From Paraspadella gotoi (taxonomy: Eukaryota; Animalia; Chaetognatha), in the NCBI GenBank assembly GCA_051294375.1, contig JBJCIZ010000744.1, positions 1,726,262 to 1,790,261 on the forward strand: DNA of 64,000 nt. The letters are read 5' to 3'. A model generated the notes under the pieces. That model was not told the DNA's origin. It saw nothing but the letters and a program-made list of their open reading frames with translations, and did not search any database. The position numbers were made by a program, and so were the translations under genes. Each line of letters opens with the position of its first letter. Within the stretch, counting starts at the first letter, position 1. Shown piece by piece: positions 53,596-64,000 of the stretch.

Positions 53596-54759
53596 TGGCG
53601 TAAATCAAATATTTAAAAGTCAAACTTTGAATTAACGATTAAAGTACACTTCGTTAGGCCTAATATAAGGTTTAAAACCATCGAATGAAAAATCAGTATT
53701 TTTACAATTTTTGTGCAATACCCTACTCTCGATCTTCAAAATTCTTTATTCTTTATTTTTTTTTTCAAACTCAAATCTTTTTTTAATTCCGCGCTTGCGC
53801 AGATCGACCACGCTCCAGCCGTCGGCTTCGTATTCGCCAATTCCTCGCCTTTCGGTTTTTTCTGTCATAATATTTATTTTCTGTTCGAAACCGAAGATGA
53901 CATGAGAAAGATGGTGGGGGAGGAGAGAGAGAGAGGGAGAGAGAGAGAGAGAGAGAGAGGCCGACAGTCAGTAAAAATTGTTTCAGCTTTAGTCACTATT
54001 CTATTCTATTGTGGCCGACGACGACGTTAACGACGACGATAACGACGACGATGAAGAAATTCTATGACCAAAGTTTTTTGCCTCTAAAATCAGCCGGTCC
54101 GATTCATGAATAATCAATTCCAACCCTTTTCTTACTTCCTCTCTCTCTCTCTCTCTCTATACGTCTCTTTCTCTCTTTCTCTCTCTCTTTTTAGTTGCGC
54201 CGCGAGTACTCGTGGAGCAACTCTATAAGTCACTTTTCGGTCGGTCGGTATGTCTGTCCGTCTTACGTTAATAATGCTTATAATTTCATTATAGTTGGTT
54301 GCTCATTTGTTAAGACAGAAAAAAAAAGACGGAATTTTGATGCAGTGCTTGACAAAAAAACATGGGCTAAGAAAGTTATTGTAGTCATATATTCATGTCA
54401 TATCATGTCATGACATGTTACGAGAAATATATGTGATAAGGTAATCACTGCAGCGCAACATATTTGAATTACCGTTCTTGTTTCTCTTTCTCTCTCTCTC
54501 TCTCTCTCTCACCCTCTTCAACCTTTTCAATAACATTTCCTCACCCTTTTTTAAGCTTTCAATTTTTTTTTCACCCACGAGGGGGGTGGGAGGTGGGGGA
54601 GGGAAAAGTTGTTTTTTTTCTTCGCTGATGATTTTTCTTTCCTCAAAATTGGGAACCAGAGCGTGAATCGGTGAGACGAGGGGCTCACGAGTCACGCGAG
54701 GGAACCGAGTGTGAATGTTTGATTTTGGGAACGAAATGTTGGGAGTTGGTTTATTTTTG

Positions 54760-54940
54760 ATTGGATGATTGTGAAGGGAGAATGAATTGTTAGTTGTGAT
54801 ATGATGATTGTGAAGGGAGAAAGAAATGTTAGTTGTGATTGGTTGATGATTGTGAAGGGAGAATGATTTTTAGTTATGATTGGTTGATGATTGTAAAGGG
54901 AGAATGAATTGTTAGTTGTGATTGGTTGATGATTGGGACG
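54760..54940. repeat. About 42-bp tandem repeat, 4-5 degenerate copies
   Basis: Unit gatgattgtgaagggagaatgaattgttagttgtgattggtt. Confidence 0.85.
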
Positions 54941-57900
54941 GAATGAAATGAATCGTTGGTTGGTAATGAGACGATGGATTGTCATGGAATTTAAGTTTGA
55001 TTTGTTGAGTTCGTGATGATTGATTGTGATTGTGAATAGAGAAGAAAGATTGTTAGACTATCTATCAACGGCTGACGAAAAAAAGGGACGGACTGACGGG
55101 AGAGGGACGGACTGACGGGAGAGAGACCGACTGACCCGTGAGAGAAAGAAAGAGAAAAAGAAGGGAATAGTACAGAGTACAGAGGGAGAGAGAGACATAG
55201 AGAGAGAGAGAGCATTTCTGGTCTCCGTACATTAGCCTTCGGTAAACTAATCAGAACCTGCTGCGCGCATTTCAACTGCGTGAGAGAGAGGGGGGGAAGT
55301 GAGAGAGAGAGAGAGGGAGAGAATTCCGAGTGAGTTTAATTAGTTGTTATGAGCGGAATTTTTTTTTCACGCGTCGTCAAAAGGGGAGACTGGGTGAGGA
55401 GGAGGCGAAGGGAAGGAAAGGATGAAAAAAAAGGAGGATAGGAAAATGAATGGGGTTAAAGGAGGAAGGAAGTCAAGAAGGAGGGATAGAAGGAAAACAG
55501 AGAAGAGATGGGAGGAAAAAAGGAAAGAGATAGGTTGAAAAAATCTCGGAAGAAGTGATTGAAAATAAGAAAATAAGAAAAAAATTTGAAATTTGATAAA
55601 AAAAAAAGAAAGGAAAAAGGGGCCTTACCTTAAGGAGAAAAGGAAAGAATAAAAAATAATGAGAAAAAAAGTGATACCAAAAAAGGAGGGAAAAAAAGGG
55701 GAAATTTTGAGAAAAATATGAACAGGAAGATGGCCTTATTTTCCCAGAACGCCTCATTTCATCTTTTAGTGAATATATGTTGACGACGACGAAATAGAAG
55801 TTGATAGCGATGACATTGACAGCGAAGAGGAATTAACGATAGGGATGACAACGACGACGACCCTCACTGATGACTTACGGACTCTGGGTGGCACAGTTGA
55901 ACGACGACGACGACGACGACGACACCCGACAGGTTCTCTTTTTTATTCTAAAAACGGGAGACGACGTCAAATAATTTCCGCTGCTCTCAGAGATAAGAGT
56001 TAAATTGAAAACAAAACACGAGTCGATGGGATGTGGAGGGGAAAAGGGAAAAGGGGGTGTTGAAGGGGGGTGGTAAGTTGGGTGGAAAAAGAGTGGAGGG
56101 AGCAAAGGGAGAGACGTACACGCGGAGGTGGAAATTAAGCGAAGCGCAGGGCGCCGGGATTTTTCTCTTTTTTTTTCCCCCCCATTTTGTTTTTCCCGAC
56201 AAATTTTTTATTTTTTTACTTTCTCTGTCAAAATTATACCACTCAAAACTAAGGTCACGTGATCACAAAGTTAATGCGGCATATTTCGGGTAATATCTGT
56301 TTGAAATTAAACTTTGCACAGTAGTGATCAACCATAAGACGTTTGTTATCTGTGATCACAGGGAAATACTCGTGAAAAGAAAGTCTCTACGGCGCAACAC
56401 ATTGGATGGACCGATCTTGTTATATAATATTACACTTTTATTTATTATAACCTAGGAAGCCGCTATAGAAAAAGAAGCCAGTGACTTTTTTCTTATATTT
56501 TTATATCGATAGATGTGGAATGACGGGAATATTGTAAATCTCAAGTTCGCTTTAATCGACCTCACATTGTGGAGAAATCTTAGGAAACCCATCAAAATTC
56601 CACCCCTTTTTTTTCAACATTCTCGCCTTTTAAGATTTTTCGCCGATTCTGACTTCCTCTTACAAACTTATAATTCCGCTAGTTAATTTTTTTTCTTAAA
56701 ACGAGCGAAGGGAATCCACAACTTTCTTTTTATTTTATGATTTCTCAGTAAAAAATATAATAAATTACATTAAATGGGATATTTATGAAAGTATAATGTC
56801 TTGTGAAGCCTGTGAGAGTTAAATAATTAAAAAATTCACCTATTTTATTATTGAAAAAATGACAGTAAAGTGAAGAAGTTGAATGTCTTCCGGCTCATTT
56901 CAGTAAACATCCTGTTCTCTAGCATAAAATAATGTTTAATTTTTGCTGGTGGAAAAGAAAGATAAAATACTTAGGCCTGTGATGGGGTGAATAATATTTT
57001 GCATAATTTTGTAAGAATGCCTTGTAAAATCAGACAAGCAAATATTTAAGTGAAAAAAATTCAACATTTTCTTTATCCAAAAAACTTTAAAGTTTTACTA
57101 GAGTACAATTTAGCCTTTTTTCTTTCAGAATCATTAAAAAGAATTAAATTTTCATTTATTCTTATGGGTGTCATTAGTTTAAATTCATTATAATTTGACT
57201 TAGTTTGACACTCACCCTGTAAGGAGGTTTCAGCATAAGTAATTCTAAAATTGTATCTTGTATGTGCCCTATGATTATGGCTTCATTTTGGTACTATTAC
57301 CATCCCTTTATCCTTATTCTTCAAAAGATATTAGGAAAATCAGTTTTTTTTCTCAACCTTCCTTTTAATTTCTTTTTAAATAAAAATTTCGCAATTCAAA
57401 CCGGACTATTTCATTTAAACCTGATCATTTTATGTCAAAATCATTATAAATGAAAAAAGAAAAATAGGACAAGCTCTTCAGACCCAAAGCTATCAGAATC
57501 GCGAAATTCGAAGTCGCTCATGTAACAGGAACATATAGCAATCCCGTTTGCAATTTTAAGTTTGTAAACTTTCCCTTTCATTTCTATAGTAAAAATGAGG
57601 TTTGAAAATTCTCCGGAGATGAGTAGTGCATTTCCCTGGCTTGTTTGATATTAAATCCTTTATCAAATGCCATAAAACGAATAGGACAGCTCTTCAGATG
57701 TAACGCTCTCGGAATCGTGCGTTTTTACAAGTGTTTTTTAACCGAATTTCTGGCAAACGCGTTTGCAATTTGGGTAGTCAGATTTGAACGGAATTCTCTA
57801 TAGAAAAATGTTGAATTTTTTTTTAAGCGAGATTCTCGTCTATATAACCTCTTTGGGTTTGGATCTGTGCATCATTTGATTTTAGTATTAAGCTATACTA

Positions 57901-59297
57901 TATAAATAAATATTTACTTTTACGGATAAAATCAAATTCAACCTTGAAAAATATTATTTTGAAGCAGATATTTTTCTATAAATCTTTTCTTTTATTCCTC
58001 ATTCTGATATTTATTATCTTATGACGCTTGAAATAAGCTCATTTGAATCAGAAAAAGCTCATTTCTTTGTATTGATATATTATATATTTTGATCTTTAAA
58101 TACAAATCGGTAAAAGTTACTAAAACTAGAAAAGGTTTCGGCAATATTTTTTTTTCAAGTTGGTATATATCTCTTGATTTTTTTTTCTCGGAAGTTTTCG
58201 AAAAGCCTATCCGCCCATCGGTATTCATATTTATTAATGGTATTATTTTTTTTTTCAGTTTTTTTTTATATCTAAAGTTTTATTAGAATAATTTTTTTCT
58301 CGTGGGGCAGTTTTTTAATTATCCTTTTTGTTTTTGCATTGATGGATGTTTTGATATCCCCGTTGTGATTTCGTGGGAAATTATTGGTTTCGGCAAAAAA
58401 AAAAAAAGAAAAATAATCGTGGGGAAAATATTTTTGAATTTTCTATTTTAATCTATTCTTTTTTTTTCGCTTTGATATTAATTGCGATGGGTTAATCTAA
58501 TTCGAGGTTTAATTCAATTATGAAAATAAGCAATAACAGAAGAAAAAAAATTTTAAAAAAGGGATATGAATCTTGCGCCGGATCTGCTTTCCGTTCTAAT
58601 CTACATTTTTGGTTGAAGAACCCGGAAAAAGATGAAGCTTAGAAACTCCGCAGAAAAGATTTGAAAGACGCAGAGACGGACGGACGGACAATGTCCGTCG
58701 GACATCCTTTGGTCCATCTATTCGTTGCGGTTAGTAAAGACTCGGCTCCGCCATAAATTGGCGAGAAATTTGTATTCGGATCTTTCTTGAGCCGAAGTGA
58801 GTTTAAAATCACCGAAAGTAAATATTTCTTGCGCTATATCTTCATAGCTGAGTCTTTCTCTCTTTCTGTTTTACTTTTCTATAACTTACTATCTTGCCTA
58901 CCTGTCTTATCTATCTATCCTACCTATCCTATCTTTATCCTACCTTTATCCTTCAAGCTTCTTATCCTATTTTTACCTTTTTCTAATTTGTCCACGCTGT
59001 TCAATGTCTTACTAATAGTCTTTCCTTATCGAGAAAAGATTATTGAAAAAAAACAAAAAAAAAAAAAAAACAAAAAAAAAAAAAACAACAAACAAACAGA
59101 TATAGTACAAAAACATCAGTTTCAACAATGACAAACGCTCAAGAAAAACATGTTCGGACAAAGGAAGTAAATACGAACGGACAGAAAGAGCTGACGAGAG
59201 GCGGTGAGAGAGAGAGAGAGATAGAGAAAGAGAGAGAGAGAGAGATCGGAACAATACTGGAACTAATAAGAACGGATAAAAAGGAATAACGACCGAG

Positions 59298-59333
<36 letters not shown>

Positions 59334-59408
59334 TGAAATTCAACGTCAATGCCGACTTAGACGCTTAACTCAACGACGTCTGACCGACAAAGAAATAAAA
59401 ATAATGGC

Positions 59409-59482
59409 GTCGACCAATCGGAAGCTGATAAAAAGACGAAATGACTGGACCAATCAGAGAGAACGAGTCGACCAATCGGAAG
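59409..59482 (+). promoter_or_regulatory. Triple CCAAT box (promoter-like)
   Basis: gaccaatc at about 59412, 59448 and 59470; two copies share gtcgaccaatcggaag. Confidence 0.35.
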
Positions 59483-60090
59483 AAGCGAGATTTAATCGGT
59501 TTCGAAGTTTTTGTGAAGGAAAGAAGAAATATGAATAAGTAACTTTTTTAAAAAATTTATCATCTTTCACCCTATATTCGGTCATATCTAAAAAACAAAA
59601 AAAGATTTTGCATTGATATTTTGGATATGGACATATGAAACTATAACGTTTCAAAAAATAAAAAGAAATATAATAATATTGAACAGTGAATTTTTTTTAT
59701 GCACGGAACAGTAACGTTACGCCATTTTTCATTGTGTCGTATATTGTATAGTGTATACTGTATACTATATACAGTGTATAGTGTATAGAGACTCTCGATT
59801 AAAAGCTTGCAGGGTCCTGCTTGGTTATGTTTATTGAATGAACAAGGACCATGGAAGGGAAAGAGAGAAGAAGGCTTTCGTCGAAATTTTAAGTTAATGA
59901 TTAAGTTGAAAAGATTAAGTTTAGACGAAATAACAATTTTTTTAGTTTTTCACAACGAATTTTTATTTGTATAGTAGCAGACATGTTTCGAACGTGTATT
60001 TCGTTCATCATCAGTGCTGATGATTTAGTCATTCTACCAACGAAAAGAAAGATTTACAAACAAGATTAAGTTTAAAATAAAACCTTCCTT

Positions 60091-60091
60091 C

Positions 60092-60190
<99 letters not shown>

Positions 60191-60192
60191 TC
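60091..60192. repeat. (TTTC)n microsatellite
   Basis: About 25 tetranucleotide units. Confidence 0.95.
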
Positions 60193-60663
60193 CCTCCCGG
60201 CCTCCCCCTCCGTGGGTAGGGAATGCGGCGTCACGCTCGGCCGAAAGGGGATTCGATACTGGTCGCCATGGAAACGGAAACCGCGTCCGGTCTCGTGGGA
60301 GGAAAGGAAAAGGAGGTGGGAAGAAAGGAGAGGGAGAAAGTGAGAGAAAGGAAAGGGAGGTGGGAAGAAAGGAGAGAGAGGAAGAGAAAGAAAGGAAAGG
60401 GAGGTGGGTAGAAAGAAGTGGGAGGAAGAGAGAGAAAGGAAAGGAAGGTGGGAAGAAAGGAAAGGGAGGAAGAGAAAGAAAGGAAAAGGAGGTGGAAAAA
60501 AAGGAGAGGGAGAAAGAGTGAGAAAAGAAAGGGAGGCGGGAAGAAAGGAGAGGGAGGAAGAGAAAAAAAGGAAAGGGAGGTTGAAAGAAAGGGAGGAAGA
60601 GAGAGGGAGAAAGTAGAGGGACTGATATTTGGGGGTCGGATTAAAAAATAAATTTGATCGCGG

Positions 60664-60708
<45 letters not shown>

Positions 60709-60723
60709 TTTCTCTCTGTCTCC

Positions 60724-60768
<45 letters not shown>

Positions 60769-61193
60769 TTGTTTTCCATTTGACTCTCGATTCTTCCTCC
60801 GGGTGGCGTCTTCGGTTTCCAAGCAACGAGAGGCTTTTGTTGTTTCGTCTTCGGTTGCCATGGAGAAGTTTGGCGAACGTTGTTTAGAAACGGAGACGAC
60901 GATAAATTGTTTGGATGCAGTTTTAATTCAAAAAGGACCGGAAATAAAACCAAAAACTTAGTTCATATACAAATCAAGTTGATATAAATTCAAATTTTCC
61001 GCATCGCGTTATAAGATTTTTTTTAGGTTTCTTTGTCAGAAACTTAATAATTTTTATATATTTTATACGATTATTGGTTGAACACAATGTGATATATTTA
61101 CTAACATCAGAGATTTCAAAAGTTAAAGATTCCATTCATCGCGGATTTAAAAAAAAAAGTTTTTTATTCGAGCTTCACATTTTAGGTTTTTTT

Positions 61194-61237
<44 letters not shown>

Positions 61238-63111
61238 TTACGTCTCCCCTCAAACCTGCCTTCGCGTTAAATGAAGGAGAATGAGAAGGGGGGGGCTTCG
61301 CCTGTCTGACAGCCTGGTTGTCGTCGTCGTCTTCATCGTCGTCGTTTTGTCTTGGATTCGCCGTGAAAAAAAAAAGTGGGTGCTGATTTTTAATTCTTGC
61401 CACGCCTCCTTTTCTCTCGGTTCAAAATAACATCTGTTGCTCGAGGGGATGAGGAAGACGAACGACGACGACGACGACATGAGAGAAGAAGAAGAACACA
61501 GTTCTGCCTTCCGTGGATCCCCAAACAACCTGAAGGGGAAACACACGTAAAAAAAACAAAACAAGAAGGGATATTCCAATTTGTGTTGCGCATCAGTGAC
61601 TTTCCTATCACATGTATTTCCGTGTTTGCATCGCATCGAACTGAATCGAAAAACGTCTTTTATTCTTCATATTCTCTAAAAACGAAATTTGTCTGTATTG
61701 TTTTATCTTTTTGTATATAATAAGCCATAAAAAAAATAAATAATAATAATAATAACAATAATAATAATAATAATAATAAAAATAATAATAAGTCATATTA
61801 AGTCGATTTCTTTTCCCTCGTCGCGAGTCATCTAGCGATTCACTGTAAGTCTATCATTTCTCTCGCCGCCCGTAACTTTCCTTCATCCATTCACTCAAAT
61901 CCAGTAGCCACTTTCCGTCCACCTCCATCGGCGGTTCTTACCACTTCCCTATCCCCTCCTACGCCCTACCCTACCCCCTCGCCACTACACCCCGCAACTC
62001 GTCGTCAACATAAAAAAATTATCGAGAAAATTCGATAAAATTATGTTTCAAAATCTTTCAGCCGAGAATTTGTTTATCGAAAGAAAAAAAAATGAGCGGA
62101 AGCGAGAGAGAGTGGCGTTGATGATTGGCGTTGATGGTTGGCGTTGATTGGCGTTGATAATTGGCGTAACATGGAAGTGATGTTTGGCGTTAGTTGGCGG
62201 CGATGGTTGGCGTAAGGTTGAGGTGATGGTTGGCGTTGGTACTTGGCGTTGTCATGTCGAATTGAACGGCGTTTTTTTTTGTGGGTGGCGTTGGCGGGTG
62301 GCGTTTATGGGTGGCAATGAAATTGACGTTGGTTACAGTTCGTGAGCGGCATTAGCGTCTGGCGTAGTTGGCAGATGGCGTTAAAGTCTTAGCCCAGTTT
62401 TAGAAAGCGTGGTTCAAGACTCAATATGGCGAGAGGATCTTAAGTTAAGGTCAACACGTGTTAACGCAACGCAAACTGTAGTTGTTCTTTTTTTTTTTTA
62501 AATCAACAATCTTTAATGCCAACGAGTTTTTGCGTCAAAAAAGAAGACGACGTCATATTGAAAAGAAAGAAAATTTTCATTCTAAATTTAATTCAAATAA
62601 TTTTGGATCCTTTGAAGTCGAATCCTAAGAAAAACCGAAATATCCTCTTCTTCTTCCTCCTCCTCTTCCTCCTTTACTTTTCTTTGTTCGGTTTTCATTG
62701 GTTAGTCGGTCGAGGGGTCGATCGTTTGATCGGTATGTCTGTCTGTTGGGTCAGTGTAACGTGATTGCTTATTGGTAATCAAATAACCAGAAATACTGTG
62801 TCATTTTAATTAATACTTGGCAGACTGTGCGGATTTAAGTTAATGCTTATTGTGCATGTATTTAATACTTGTGTAGTCGCTACATATTTTGTTTAACATT
62901 TTAACATTTCAAACCTAAGCAACTACCAGCGCAACAATTTGTTTAAAAGTTAAAATCTCGCACCCTTTTCTGTCATAATCACAACCATTTTCACAAACGC
63001 ATTTTCACTTTTATTCTGACCTAAAGTGAAAAAAGGAGGAGGAGGAGGAAGGGGGGGGGGTAAAACTTTTGTTCATTTATGAGATTCGTCTTTATGGCAT
63101 TTTTTCTGCTT

Positions 63112-63152
<41 letters not shown>

Positions 63153-63868
63153 TCATTCTTATTCCATTCCTCGCCTTTGAAACGACAATAGCACCAACAG
63201 TAGAAGTCGTGTTTCCATTAATGAACGTAGTTATCGTCACTTTCTGTCGTCGTTGTCGTCGTCGTTGTCGTCGTCGTTGTTGTCGTCGTTGTTGTCGTCG
63301 TGCCTTTATCCCCACTGTCGCCTTGAGCATCATTTCAAATTTACCAGTTATGAAAATTGAAAAATTATTTCAATTTTTTTTTTTAGATTTTTAATATTAT
63401 TAATATATATGATTTTTTCATTTTTTTTAAAATCATATGTCTTTGTATTATTTTTTTATTAGATTATTATCTAGGAAAATATAAAAAGAAACGAGCAAGA
63501 AATAAAAAAAAAGAAAGATAAAGAGATGAAGGAGGAAAGAAAACTTGGTATAAAGTCATGATGCAGGTTTAAATAAGCCAGTTTTAAATAAAAAGAATTA
63601 TTATTGCAAGTAGTATTTTTTTTTCTAAAAAAAATCGTGAATTTTGTACCAAAATTAATTTTATTTCAAATGTTAATTCGTAGCAAAGTTTCCGAAGCAG
63701 AAACAGTTTTTTTTTTCAACTTTTGTGCATTTTAAATTTAAAACACTTCATCATTCGAAAATTAAATGCTTAAAATAAACAAAATATGTAAAAGAAACAA
63801 AAAAAAACTGCTTACAATTACCAAGATTATACAATATACAATTTAAACATGCATCTGTCAATGTCTGT

Positions 63869-63911
<43 letters not shown>

Positions 63912-64000
63912 TCCCACCCCCAAGTTTCCTCCACCCACTCATCGCTTCCTACCCACTTGCCGCATTTCTTACAAGCTCCGTCAAGCAATCCAACCGAATC

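Noticed and set aside
53745-53870. 40-codon minus-strand ORF (MTEKTERRGIGEYEADGWSVVDLRKRG...)
   Set aside because: Short, with no recognisable homology or splice support.
60034-60961. Long ORFs of 240-275 aa on both strands
   Set aside because: They are translations of (AG)n, (TTTC)n and purine tracts with no protein-like content.

Overview
Animal (invertebrate) nuclear DNA with GC-rich exons, AT-rich spliceosomal introns and many (AG)n microsatellites; the species cannot be identified from sequence. The first 41 kb is a tightly packed run of + strand genes: the 3' end of a SID-1/SIDT gene, ARPC2, GPANK1, YY1, CutC, a 15-exon low-complexity gene with a transposase-like domain, and ICE2/NARG2. 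The most striking feature is the gene architecture. The four exons of GPANK1 (5606-19850) enclose a complete 7-coding-exon YY1 gene in intron 1, and a complete CutC gene plus a tRNA-Gly copy in intron 3, all on the SAME strand. The two ends of these host introns, and of many other introns here, are mutually complementary (G-rich 5' ends, C-rich 3' ends), which suggests that RNA pairing guides splice-site choice. In addition, the last two exons of a NAT16/HisAT-like gene lie antisense in ICE2 intron 7. No upstream exons of it were found, but a recursive-splice-like site lies on the same strand at 55628. The 41-64 kb region has no convincing coding exons and contains transposon remnants, tandem repeats and motif clusters. 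Several apparent frameshifts suggest consensus indel errors. Gene identities rest on remembered protein motifs, not on database searches.
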